A stretch of DNA of 64,000 nt from Cycas panzhihuaensis (GCA_023213395.1 CM041465.1:204731741-204795740); one strand, 5' to 3'; positions 1 through 12,725 are shown, numbered from the stretch's first letter. Notes: generated by a model from the sequence alone, not told the origin. Translations and numbers: made by a program.

Positions 1-2840
1 CAACATGTTGATGGGCTTCCACCAAAGAGAAAGATAGAGCATGAAATCACTCTTGTAGGAGATGCACCATTACCTAATGTTGCTTTGTATAGGCACTCCA
101 TTGTAGAAAATAATGAGATAAAGAGGCAAGTTGAGTTACTTGATCAAGGGGTCATAAGACCTTCATGTTCACCTTGTGGGTCACCAATTGTCTTGGTGCC
201 TAAGAAGGATGGAGGATGGAGAATGTGTATAGATTTTCGTGCTTTGAATAAAATTACAATTAAAAATCGCTACCCTTTGCCTCGTATAGATGATTTGCTT
301 GATCAAATTCAGCATGCTTGTTATTTCACTAAATTGGATTTAAAAAGTGGTTATCACCAAGTTAGGGTCAAGGAGGAGGACACATGGAAGACGGCCTTCA
401 AAACAAAGCAAGGACTCTTTGAATGGATGATTATGCCTTTCGGATTCTCTAATCCTCCTCCAACATTCATGAGGCTAATGAATGAAATATTAAGGCCTTA
501 CTTGGATAATTTTGTTGTTGTCTATCTTGATGACATTTTGATTTTCAACAACACATGGGAGGAATATTTGGAAGAGAGAGAAGAAGTTTTAAAGACTATG
601 GCTAAGCATCATTTGAAGCTTAATGTGAAGAAGTGTGAATTTGGCAAGGAGAACTTGATCTTCTTAGGCTTTGTGGTTGGAGGAGGAAAGTTGAGCATTG
701 ATCCACTCAAGACTCAAGCCATCCTCAAATGGCCTAGGCCAACAAACATCACAGAGGTGAGAAGTTTTTTAGGAGCTTGTCAATACTTGAGAAAGCTCAT
801 TCTTCATTTCTCACAGGTTGCAGCACCTCTACATGGATTGACAAAATCTAGTAGAAAGTTTACTTGGGGTTCCAAGGAGGAAGAAGCCTTTCTTCTTTTA
901 AAGAAGAAAATTTGTGAAGCTTAGGTTTTGGCAATGCCAAATTTGCAAAGGCCTTTTGAAGTAGAAGCTGATGCAAGTGGAAATGTGATGGGAGTTGTCC
1001 TTATTCAAGATGGGAAGCCTATTGCATACCATTCAGAAGTCTTCACCCCTCAAGTGAAGAACTACCCAACATATGATCGAGAAATGTTCGCACTTCATCA
1101 AGCATGCAAGCATTGGAAGTCATACTTGCTCGGAAAAGAGGTTGTAGTTCATACCGATCATAAGCCTCTTCAATTTTTACAAACTCAAAGTAAATTACAG
1201 CAAGACACATGAAGTGGATGAGTTATTTACAACAATTCAATATTGTAATTAAGTATAAAAGGGATCTAATAACAAAATTCGATATGTTATCTAGACCACC
1301 TTGTTCCACTTCTTCTTCTACTTTTGTTTGTAGTTCTCTTATGAGTTTGCGGTGGAACCAATGCATCATGAAGAGTACAAAGACTTGTACCATGAAGATG
1401 AAGCTTTGAAGGAAGAATTAGAGAACCTAGCGAAGGAAGACCTTCCCAAATTGCTTGGAAGGATGGTCTACTTTTCAAAGGGAGCACTCTATGTTCCATC
1501 AAAATGAGACAAGATCAAGTGGCTTAGAAGCCCATACTTCTAAAGTAGTGGTCACTTTGGTATAGAGAAGACTTTAGCAAACTTGAGAAGATATGTTGTA
1601 TGGCCAAAAATGCAAAATGATGTAAAAATATGTAAAAGGATGTGTAATGTGTAATACTTCTAAGCCTTCTTCTAGAAAATTAGGATTGTATACACCACTA
1701 CCTATTCCCACTAGGCCTTGGGAAAGTATCTCCATTGATTTTTAGGGGACTTCCCATGACTAGGAAGGGACATGATTATCTTTTGTTGTTGTAGATAGGT
1801 TTAGTAAAATGATATGTCTAATACCTTGTAAGAAGACAATCACAGTGCAGGAGCGGTGAGTTATTCTTCGAGCATGTATGGAAGAATTTTGGCTTGCCTT
1901 CTTCCATCATTTCGGATCGGGACACTCGATTCCTTTCATCATTTTGGAAGTCACTATGGGAGATGATGGATACCAAATTGAAGAGGAGTACAAGTTTCCA
2001 TCCTCAAATAGATGGACAAACCAAGTAGTGAATAGAACTTTGGTACATCTATTGAGGATACAATTCCAAGCATCCAAAGACTTGGGATGAATCATTGGCT
2101 TTTCTACAATTTGCTTTTAATAGAGCAATGCATGCATCACACTCTAAAGCACCTTTTGAAGTTTGTTTGGGATACTTGCCTCAAAGTCCATTTGACTTAG
2201 AGTTTTCCATGCAAGCTAAGGAAGGATCCGTCAAAGAGAAGGAGGAGCATGACAAGGCTTTAAGATACTTGAGAAGATCCAGAGAGTCCACAAAGAAGTA
2301 CATGATCAACTTCTAAGGACTCAACAAAAGTACAAGGAAAGACATGACAAGCATAGGCAAGAGTGTACTTTCCAAGAAGGAGATTTAGTATGGTTATACT
2401 TGAGCAAGGAGAGGTTAAAAGGAGAAGGTAAGAAACTCAAACCTATAAGGTATGGACCATTCAAGATTTTGAGAAAAGTAGGTGGCAATGCTTTCCAACT
2501 TGATCTTCCACCTTATATGCAAATATATTCGAGTAAATGCTGAATACTTAAAACTCTTTGAGCCCTCCATGCTAGATGAGGAACATGACCAGTTCACTTT
2601 ACCTTGATTGATGATTTGTATTTGGAAAGTGAGGAGCCTCTCAAGGAAGATTGTATCTTGAGAGAAAATCTACCAAAACAAGACATAAGACACATGAATC
2701 TCTCAGATTGGAGTAGCAGGCAATTGCCTAGTAAGGCCAAGTGGTTTAGTAGGCAACAAGGAGAACAACACTTCCCCATCTCCAATTCTAAGCCAAACAG
2801 GAGTTGGCTATTTTCCAAGGAAGGGGGAGCCATGATCTAG
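1..2840 (+). pseudogene. pol: gypsy pol, frameshifted, with a chromodomain-like C-terminal tail
   Basis: ORFs 85-924, 928-1212, 2095-2316 and 2604-2840, broken by one stop (922-924) and several 1-bp frameshifts. Confidence 0.9.
2817..2829 (+). promoter_or_regulatory. Polypurine tract of the CRM-like element
   Basis: AAGGAAGGGGGAG lies 3 nt before TGATC at 2833. Confidence 0.85.
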
Positions 2841-3888
2841 GAGGATCTACCATATGTTTACAGGATGCGGAAAATGCTAGGCATTGGCATAACTAAAGGA
2901 GATATGGCCAAATGGTATCAAAATTCTATGAAATTTTGTTTAAAGGGATAAGACACATCCCACTAGATGTGTACAAAAGGTGGGGTTCAGAAAATATCAT
3001 TTGATTAGAGTTCAAGCCTTGTCTTTGCATAAAAATTAATCCCACAACTAGCAGAAAAAAAAATAGAAAATATATATTATCATTATATGAATAGAACCAT
3101 GGCCAAATGACATCCAAATGAGCTAAAATTTTGAGGAAGCGGAGGAGACATGCGTTCCTATATGTGTACCAAATTTGAACTGAATTGGAGTCCGTTAAAG
3201 TCAGTTACAAGCCGCAACTTTTAAGAATTGCATGAAGGCCACTTGGACAGCAGAAAAACAGCAAATACATATTATTATTAAATGAATAAAAATGTAGTCA
3301 AATGACATCCAAATGAGCTAAAAATTTGAGGAAGCTGAGGGGACATGCGTACCTATATGTGTACCAAATTTGAGCCAAATTGGAGTACGTTAATATCTGT
3401 TACAAGCTGTAACTTTTTAAGAATTGTATGAAGGCCACTTGGACAACATGCATTCTGGTGGTTAGTGGTTATACTTGCATGATTGCCACTTGTTAAACAT
3501 GTAATTCAGGTTTCTTTCTATAAATTGAGCCCTTCTACAGGTTGGAGAGGTGGTTCTTGGAGACTTGACTTGGGAAGCATCCTTGGAGAGGCATTTGGAG
3601 GGTTGGAGTCCCCCTTATGGTATAATTGTAACATTTATTCCTTGTAATTTTACCATTCTTTTGCTAGTTGATTTCTCCACCATTAAATGGAGATTTTCAT
3701 GGTTTAATAAAAGTATTACTCCTCATACTTTTGGATGAATGTCAAGAATAAATGATTTGGTGTAGAATTTTCCTTTCATGGGCTCATTGTTGTTTTGATG
3801 TTATTGAGCTTTCTACACTAACTCCCAGGATCTCAAGGAGGAAAGGTTGATAATTGATTTCTTCACCAACTAATCTCTTTTGGGATCA
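2833..3888 (+). repeat. 3' LTR of the CRM-like element (1056 bp)
   Basis: Starts TGATC after the PPT and ends GATCA exactly where LINE A coding sequence resumes. The 5' LTR and left TSD are outside the window. Confidence 0.8.
2905..3450. repeat. ~195-bp tandem repeat inside the LTR (two clear copies plus one diverged copy)
   Basis: CAAATGACATCCAAATGAGCTAAAA...GAAGGCCACTTGGACA at 3104 and 3299. A weaker GGCCAAATG...ATGTGTAC copy lies near 2906. Confidence 0.8.
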
Positions 3889-5905
3889 AACTGCTCCATC
3901 AAAGTTAATTTTAATCCAAGTTACCTTAGGTGGTGTCCAGATAGTCCCCCTCCTCTTCTCGATCCCTCCCTTTGGTCGACCAATTCCCCACTCGTCTAGA
4001 ATGCTATCTCCCCCCTTAGGAATCCTGTCCTCCTTTGGGGGTTTTAATATCTCTAAAATGCCCTTCCTAATCTCGACGAACAATTTTTTGTTATCCATCT
4101 CTTTACCTTGAAAAATTCTCCTATTACGCTCCTTCCATATATACCAAGTACCTACCGGGAGAATAAACTTCCAAAACCTTCCCAACATTTTACTCTTAAA
4201 TGGAGAGGCCCATGTTAGCCATTGATCCCGCAGAGACTTGGAAGAAACCTATTATGTGCCCAATCTTGACTAGAAACCTCCCCATATCCCCCTAGAATAG
4301 GGGCAGTGTATATTGAGGTGGTCCAGGGACTCAGCCTCCTCCCTGCATAATTCGCACCTGCTGGCCAGATAAAAACCTCGATTCAGGAGGTTATCCAATG
4401 TTAAAAGTTTGTTTTGTAGACATAGCCACCAAAAAGCTGCTATCTTTGGGATAAGCCCCAGCTTTCAAACCCCGGCCAACATGTCATTCTTAGTCCATCA
4501 TTCTCTCATCATCAGCAAATTATAACCCTCTTAACCACGTAGGACCCTGATGATAATAGGGACCAAACCAGGGTATCTGGTGGGGCCTTCTTAGGGATAT
4601 ATTGGTGTTTTAAAATCCCTTTTATTCTCTGAATCTCCTCCTCGAAACCTTGCAGATCATCAAATGTTCTCCATTGCCTATTCTTACCTTGTCCCACCCA
4701 ATAGTACTTAACTAGTGCATCGTAAGTATCCTCACAGACCCTCTGCAAATTACCAATATCTAACATCTCACCCAACCTAGAGGAGCCGCACCATTTGTCT
4801 TCCCAAAATCTTATGCTTTCACTGTTCCCCAATTTCCATCGGATGCCATTGCACAAGATAGATTGCGAGGACCAGATAGCTTTCCAAATGGAGGAAATAG
4901 AGGTCTCAGTCACCTCATCCTTTAGGAAATGCTTATCCCCTAAATATTTCCTAACTATGATTTTTCCCCATATAGAGCCTGCCTCTTTGGTTAATCTCCA
5001 TCCCGTCTTAGCAAGGAGAGCTCCATTGAAGAGTCGCAGTCTCCTAACATTAAACCCTCCTGCCCACTTGGGCTTGAAAACCTTTTCCCAGGACACTAGA
5101 TGGAATCTGTTTTTATCTTCAGCCCCGGACCATAGAAATTTCTTTATAATGCCTTCAAGAGTTGAAATAACTTTGCCCGACATCTTGAATAAGGACATTT
5201 GGTAGACTGGAATACTCTGAAGAGAGGCCACGACAAGCTGGATCTTCCTAGCCCAACTTAGTAGCTCCCCTTTCCAACCTGCCAGCTTCCTATTGAACCT
5301 TCCCATAATAGGGTCCCACAAGTTCTTATCCATCTTTCCCACAAAAAGGGGCATCCCCAGATAAGAGGCAGGAAGATGTCTATTGGAAATCTCCAAAACC
5401 CTACTGATCCTCCTCTGCAACCTCTCCAGAGTATTGATGAAGAAAACTAAGCTCTTATCCAGGTTAACTCTTTGATTAGAAGCCTGCTCATAGGCCTTAA
5501 GACCATCTTTCAGGGCACGAGCCTCACCAAGGGAAGCCCTGCTCAGAAAGATGTTATCGTCGACAAACTAGTGATGAACAATATTTTTCAAGTTGGATGA
5601 GGGCTTCAATGTTGATACCCACCCTATCCTCTTAGCTTCCTCTGTAGCCCTCCCTAACAATTCCGCCATTATGATAAAGAGGAAGGGCGATAGAGGATCT
5701 TCTTGTCTTAGCCCCCTATATCCACGAAATAACGATGTTGACCTACCATTTAGAATCACCGAGAACGATATACTAGATATACAACATCGCATCCATTCCC
5801 TCCAAACCTCCCCAAAACCAAACGCTTTCAGACAATCCAACAGACAATCCCATGCCACCCAATCATAGGCCTTAAACATATCTATTTTTATTATCATACC
5901 TGCTT
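3889..5905 (-). mobile_element. L1-clade LINE A, 3' segment (RT C-half, zf-RVT, start of RNase H)
   Basis: IKIDMFKAYD, RGLRQEDPLSPFLF, YLGMPL, IRFWEDKW and INFDGA in minus-strand ORFs 5568-5984, 4512-5420 and 3886-4188. Confidence 0.9.
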
Positions 5906-6046
5906 TTTTTTTTTTTTGATATGGTAAAAAATGATATTCTAGGGGTTTTATCTGGGCCCCCAAAACCTGTACATCAAGCCACATGGCTTAGCAGATCTGA
6001 CCATGACAGGCCCATGGTCTAGCCCAATAACTATCTCCCATCCTCC

Positions 6047-9000
6047 TCAATTAGCCTCACCAATATGTGCTTCAGCCTTGACCAGTCTCAGTAACTCCTC
6101 TGGATAATCCCCTTTCCAAACCCTTGTACTCTTATTTACCACGGCCCAGTTTGCCAACCAATCGGCTGCCATATTCCCTTCCCTAAACGTATGTTGAACC
6201 TGAACATCAGCTTTGAATCTCAAAATGTCCTGGGCATCCCTGAAAATATCTGCGTTGTCCCATCCCGATACCGCTTCCCCTTTCAAGCATTTTATGACAT
6301 ACATAGAATCCCCCTCTATGATCACCTTCTGGACTCCTCCCTCGTCCAATAGGGTAATCGCTCTCATCATGGCCCGCACCTCAGCCTTCTGGTTCGTATG
6401 GATTCCAATGTACTCCGCAAAGGCCCAACTCAAGTTACCGTCATGATCCCTAAACAGACCTCCACCACCCGCCTCTCCGGGGTTTCCTTTGGCCGCTCCA
6501 TCAAAGTTCACCTTTCCCCACTGATAATCTGGAGGATGCCATTTAACATCCCTGTACCTCTCCCTGGTCCCCCTCTGGGGGACAATACCCCATTCTTTCA
6601 TGATACCTTCTTCCCCCACTGGAATCCTGTCCCCTTTAGGCACCTCAACCATTTCTAAAATGCCTTTTCTAATCTCCCCTAGCAAGGACCAGCAATCCTT
6701 CTCTCTTCCCTCAAAGATCCTCCTATTTCGTTCTTTCCAAATGTACCAAGAGCTAACCGGTAAGATCATCCTCCAGATTCTTTTAAGGGTTTTACTTTTA
6801 AAGGGAGAAATCCAAGCTTTCCACCGGATGCGAAAGGGATTTTGAAGAGACCTGTGCCATCCCCAGGCCAGTAAATTACTCCATATGCCCACCGAGTAGG
6901 GGCAATGGATACTGAGGTGATCCAGGGTTTCTCGTCCCTCTTCAGAGCACACACACTGCTAGCCAATTGGAAGCCCCTTTTGATAGATTATCCAGTAAGT
7001 AATTTGTTGGAGGCACAATCACTGAGCGACTATTTTAGGAAGAATTCCTAACTTCCAAACCCCAGCTAACATATCATTCCTGACCCATCCTTCCCCGCCA
7101 AATTTAAGATTATAACCCTCTTTAACCGAATAAGAGCCCGATGCCGAGGCAGGCCAAACCAGCATGTCAAGCCCAGACCTCTTCGGAATGTACTGGTTCC
7201 CTAATATCTCCCTAACTCTTTGAATCCCGTCCTCAAAGCCTTGCAAGTCCTCAAAGGATCTCCATCTCCTATCCTTGCCTTGCCCTACCCAGTAATCTTT
7301 TACTAACGTACCATAACGGGTTACACATTCCCTCTGCAAATCACCGATGTTAGGAAGCTCCTCTAATTTGGATTGCCCGCACCATCTGTCCTCCCAGAAC
7401 TTTATGCTTTCTCCATCCCCCAACTTCCATCTCACACCTTCGCGCAGGAGAGACCTAGCTGACCTAATGGCCCTCCATATCAGGGAGCCCTCCAAGCAGT
7501 GCCCCTCCTCCAGCAAAAAGTGATTGTCCCCCATATACTTCCTAGCCAGAATTCTCCCCCAAACCGCATCAGCTTCTTTGGTGAGTCTCCACCCCATCTT
7601 AGCCAAAAGAGCTTCATTGAAGAAGCCCAATCTTCGACCGAGGCCCCAGCCCACTTGGGTTTGCAAACCCTCTCCCATGACACTAGATGGAATCTCCTTT
7701 TTTCTTCAGACCCTGACCAAAGAAATCTCTTCATGATCCCCTCTAAAGTGGAAATAACCTTGCTTGGCATCTTAAAGACTGTCATCTGATAAACTGGGAT
7801 ACTCTGCAGGGAAGCCACTACAAGTTGAATTTTCCCTACCCAGCTGAGAAGAGCCCCTTTCCACCCCGCAAGCTTCTTATTGAATCTACTCACTACGGGG
7901 TCCCACAGAGACTGCGCCATCTTATCCACAAATAAAGGCATACCGAGATAAGAGCCAGGGAGGGCGCCCCTGGCCATCGCCAAAATCCTACTTATTCTTC
8001 TCTGCTGCCCCTCCGGGGTATTAATAAAGAAAGCCGAGCTTTTGTCCAGGTTGATTTTCTGATTTGTAGCCTTTTCATAAGCCTGAAGGCCCAATTTTAG
8101 AGCCCTGGCCTCCTCCAAGGAGGCCCTGCACAAAAAAATGTTGTCATCAACGAACTGATGGAGCACAATATTATCCAGGTTGGAGGTGGCTCTCAAACCA
8201 TTTAGCCTTCCCAATCGCTGAGCCTCTAGAGTAGCCCTACCTAACATTTCGGCCATGATAATGAAAAGGAAAGGGGAGAGGGGATCACCTTGCCTCAAAC
8301 CCCTAGACCCACAAAAGAAAGGGGTCGACCTGCCATTAATCAAAGACCGAAAAGGAAACATTAGATACACAACATTTCATCCAATCTCTCCACACCTCCC
8401 CGAATCCAAACGCCTCGAGACAATCTAGTAGACAGTCCCACGCCACTCTGTCATAGGCTTTTGACATGTCTATTTTAATTATCATTCCCGCCTCCTTACG
8501 ATGGAGCGTCAAATGTAGGGTTTCGTGGACAATTACAATACCGTCCGTAATTTGTCTACCTTTCACAAAACCATCTTGGTTAGGAGAAATAACCCCCGGT
8601 AAAGTCTCCCTCAGACGATTTGCTAGCACTTTGGACAGTATCTTGTATTTTACATTGCATAAGCTTATAGGTCTGAAGTCTTCCATAACTTCCACCCCCT
8701 CTCTCTTCGGTATCAAAGCCAGAAAAGTGGCTTGCCACTCCTTCAAAATTGTGCGCCTTGAGCAAAATTCATTAAGCGCCAACATCAGGTCCTCCTTGAT
8801 TATCTCCCAGAACTCTTGGAAAAAGCCTGGAGGGAAACCGTCTGGCCCAGGCACCTTATCCCTCCCCATCTTGAATACAACCTTCTCCACCTCCTCCTGA
8901 GTAAAAGGATCTGTCAATTTTTTATTAAGGTCCTCCGTAATCACGCTCGGGATATGTTGTAGAAGAGCATACGAGGCGGGGTCACAGCACCACAGCTCTG

Positions 9001-10220
9001 TGAATAGTTCCTTGAAGTATTCCATCGCAATACCACCAATCTGATCCTCAGCCTCATACAACACCCCACTCCTACTACGAATTTTAGTAATCTTATTATG
9101 AGTCCTATGTCTCATCGTAGAAAGGTGAAAAAACTTGGTGTTTCTATCCCCCTCCCTCAACCACTGCTCTCTGGATTTCTGCTTCCAAAAGATCTCCTCC
9201 CTCTCCAACACCTCCTCGAGTTTCCTGGAGGTGGAGAGTTCCTTAATGCCCAGATCCTGGGATCTGCCTTCGATCTGGATCCTATCCTCAATTTCTTTGA
9301 GCTCCTCTATCAGACCGCCCTTATTCTCAAAAATGTTTCCGAAGACCTCCCTGTTCCAGACCTTGATTTGACGCTTGATCCAGTTCAGTTTCTTCGAAAA
9401 CCTGTACATGGCACAACCCTGGACCTGGACACTCCACCAGTCTTGGATCCTATCCCTCAAGTCTGAGTGCTTCAGCCACATTAATTCAAAACGAAAAGGA
9501 GCCCCTTTAGTCGATGCTGGAGAGGACCCCTCCAGAATAAGAGGCGAATGGTCCAACCCAAATTTCGGCAGCGCTTCCAATCTAACACCTTCAAAATGAC
9601 AGGCCCATTCATAGTTTGTTAACATCCTGTCCAGCCTGCATTGAATATGGTTAAGACCTAACCTCCTATTGGACCAAGTGAACCTGGCTCCTCTAAGGGG
9701 AACATCCATCAAGCCTCCCGATCAGAAAACACACCTAAATCGGTCATACTTACGGTCCACCCACCTTGCCCCCTTTCTTCTCATCCGGCTTGGGGAGAAT
9801 TAAAGTCCCTCCCACCATCCACTGCCGCCCAATCTTTATGGAGCTCCACCAGCTCTCCCATAATCTCCTTCTACTTTCAGCAAGCGTGGGGGCATAGACG
9901 TTTGTGATCCAATACTCCTTGTTGGTCAGGAGACTGACCAAACCAATGGTTATGAAGTGCTCAGTCTTGCACAGCTCATAACCTCTCCATCTTTTAGGGT
10001 TCCAGAGAGAGGCCAATCCCCCTGAACTCGCCAAACCTGCACTAGTCTTCCTCTCGCCTCTTCTCCACACCTTATTGAGAACCTCTGTCTCCCTTATGCA
10101 CTCCAATTTGGTTTCCTGCAAAAGAATAAGATCAGGCTCTAACCTGATCCTTAATTCTCTGACCATTCTCTGCTTAGATGGGGCGTTTAACCCCCTAATG
10201 TTCCATGATAGGACTTTCAT
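6047..10220 (-). pseudogene. LINE B ORF2 (APE endonuclease - RT - zf-RVT - RNase H), frameshifted
   Basis: MKVLSWNIRGLN, RLDR, DHSP, PGPDG, FRPISLCN, GLRQGDPLSP, QFVDD, VNFDGAAKGNPG, IEGDS, REGNMAADWLA. Confidence 0.93.
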
Positions 10221-10232
10221 CCAGAACACACA

Positions 10233-11693
10233 TCATCCTTTCCTGCTCCTGAGGTTGGGGCCTTCTGCCACCCCCCCCTCTTTTAATGTACTCTGAAGGC
10301 CCATGTCTATTTGTGCTTGAGTTTCTTTCTCTCTCGTAACCTTCTTAGGGGGTCTGCCCACCTTCTTCTCCAACCCGTAATCTGGTGCCCTCCTCGCTTC
10401 TGTTGTTTTTGAGACCCATTTACGAGTCCCTCCTCCCCCTTTCTCTGCTTCACCTTTAGGTCCTGCTCCTCCTTGGGCCACAAGACCGATCTGGCGCGCC
10501 TCCTGGGTCGCTTCTCTCAGACTCCTATCCTCAGGCTCAGACAAATAATCCTCTAGATCCCAGTTTATGTTCTTAACAATGCCTGCCAATGCCGCGTCAA
10601 CATTGACGGAGGAGCGCCACCGCCTGTGGTCCTCAGGTAGATCTTTATGAACCACGTAATCATCACGAAATCGAATCGAGCCTAGGGCCTGACAACCATC
10701 CAAAACCAAACTAGAATCCTTCCCAGACTCCATCGCCACCTGACTCCTATGTCCAACTTCCAAGTGATCGATGGAGAGGTGAAGTGCTGTCATCATCGCG
10801 CCAGCTTGAACCTGACTTTTCACACTACTAGATGGACCGAGAGCAACGGGCACCTTGCTCGAAGTCCCCACAGCTTCCTCGGCACTACAAAACTCCTTAC
10901 CTGAACTTTCAGGTGCCCTTATTTCGTCATTCGCCATCCCAGGCCCCTGAATGTCCTCACTCTAAAGAACCCCTGGACATTGAAAGGGAAGATGTCCCTT
11001 GCTCTTGCAGTTAGCATACCTGAAACCCTCCGTTTCATAAAATAGGTCTTGGATGATAGATCTACCATCCGACTCAATTTCAACCTCGGCCGGGAATTCA
11101 CCGTCTAACTTTGCCAAAGCACAAAATTAGGCATTCATCAATCTAGATCTATGCCTAGTGGCTGAGTCCCAGGCTAAAAGAGGCCCAATCAATCTAGCCG
11201 CTCCTTTCACCGTCTCCGGGTTCCAGAAATGCAAGGGGAGCCCAGGAAGTTAGACCCACACCGGGGCTTGTTTCACCACAGGAGTTCCCGGATCGAAGTC
11301 AGGGTGCCATTTCTCCAATGACATAGCCTTCCTTCCAAACATCCAATGGGACTTTAACAAGATGGGAATCATGTCTTCTTGATTTAAAAATCTAAAAAGG
11401 ACACAACCTTTTGGTAGTGCCATAACTTGGACAGGGTTTCTGGTCTTCCATTTATTTTTGATCCACTCTCTTATAACATCCAAGCCTGGCCTGGGGCCCG
11501 TAAACCTTCCCACCAGGCTATACTCCCAAGATCTTGAATAGTTTTTCTTACTTCTTTGAATGGTGAGTTTATATCTATTTCCAGTCTTGGCCGAGATAAT
11601 GTCTTGTTCTTCATAATTTCCAGTTCTTACAACATCTAGATAGGATCTCCCCGAGGGAGAAAACTGAGTCTGGTTCTGGTATGACAGTATCAT
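10233..11693 (-). pseudogene. LINE B ORF1 (DUF4283-like region, zinc knuckle, disordered tail)
   Basis: LVGRF...FRF...HWMFG...LEKW...APVWV. Knuckle remnant YANCKSKGHLPFQC at ~10975-11020. Internal stops near 11250 and 11130. Confidence 0.85.
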
Positions 11694-12157
11694 ATTGGTA
11701 GCAAAACAAAAATCTTACACAAACTGAAACAAAAACCAACTAAAACTCATCATAGAGCGCAGGTCTGCAAATAACCATACACACCACCCGATCCGTCCTT
11801 CAACTCCTATAAGCCCGAAACCCTTGGGGAAATCGTCCCAAACTTGAGAGGATGCCTTCCACATCAATCTTAACGCAGCAGCGTCGCAACTAAGGCCATG
11901 AGGCTCCTTCCTTTTAGCATCTGTCCCTCCAGCCGCCGAGGACCACCCCGCCGCTCCCTTCCAAACTCGCCTCCGTCGCCCAAACCGAGCCTTCGTTCTG
12001 GAGAAAACGCCTTACTTCACAGATGCCAGAGCTAAATGTATGCTCACGCCATCGCATAAACTCTACTGGGAGGACAGCCCCCCCCCTTCAACCCCGTTTC
12101 TGATGAACCCTAGCCGCCACAGTCGCCTCCGTCAGCTTCCAGAAGTCGCACCGTCTC

Positions 12158-12620
12158 TTATCATACCTGCTTCTTTCCTGTGATAGGTCGAGTGAATTAT
12201 TTCGTGAACTGTAATTATGCCATCCGTAATTTGTCTACCCTTAACAAATCCATCCTGGTTTGGAGAGATGATGGATGGAAGACACTTTTTAAGGCAGTTC
12301 GCTAGCACTTCAACCAAAATTTTATATTTTACATTACATAGGCTTATCAGTCTAAAGTCTTCCATTGCTTCCGCTCTTGCCTTTTTCAGAATCAAAACTA
12401 GAAAAGTGGCCTGCCATTCTTTCAAAATAGTCTTCCTTTGAAAAAATTCATTTAGCGCCAAAATTAGATCATCCTTAATGATGTCCCAATACTCCTAGAA
12501 GAAGCCGGGTAAGAACCCGTCCAGCTCAAGGGCTTTGTCCCGTCCCATTTTAAATAGGGCTTTCTCGACTTCGTCTTGGGAAAACGGTTCTGTCAGTTTT
12601 CTATTTTGGGCCTTAGTAAC
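12158..12620 (-). mobile_element. LINE A, 5' segment (RT N-part), 5'-truncated at ~12620
   Basis: EPFSQDEVEKA, KEWQATF, LISLCNVKYK and HRKEAGMI join in frame to IKIDMFKAYD once LINE B is removed. Confidence 0.9.
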
Positions 12621-12725
12621 TTGCATACTTATGTAAATCACTAATATGCAGGCTATTTACAACCAAGTTTGATGTAGGAAAATGGCCCTATTTGTCAAAC
12701 ATTTTACACCAACTACTTGCCTCCT

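Larger units (their letters stand above)
1..3888 (+). mobile_element. Ty3/gypsy chromovirus, CRM-like; 3' part (RT-RNase H-integrase-PPT-3' LTR)
   Basis: RT (RMCIDFRALNKITIKNRYPLPRIDDLLDQ, YLDD), RNase H (EVEADASG) and integrase (PWESI, GPF) occur in gypsy order. A PPT is followed by an LTR with TGATC...GATCA termini. The clade call comes from recalled motif resemblance, not a search. Confidence 0.9.
5906..12157 (-). mobile_element. Full-length L1-clade LINE B with RNase H, nested in LINE A
   Basis: Poly(A) tail (T14 at 5904-5917), ORF2, ORF1 and a GC-rich 5' UTR. The 15-bp TSD TTATCATACCTGCTT is at 5891-5905 and 12158-12172. Confidence 0.95.

Noticed and set aside
5568-5984. 138-aa ORF as a gene
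   Set aside because: It is a chimera: the LINE B 3' UTR and poly(A) (KKKK) read into LINE A RT.
4795-9599. Many plus-strand ORFs of 70-144 aa
   Set aside because: They are antisense shadows of LINE ORF2 with no recognisable motifs.
12132-12461. 109-aa ORF as an independent upstream ORF of LINE B
   Set aside because: It is LINE A RT running through the TSD into the LINE B 5' UTR.
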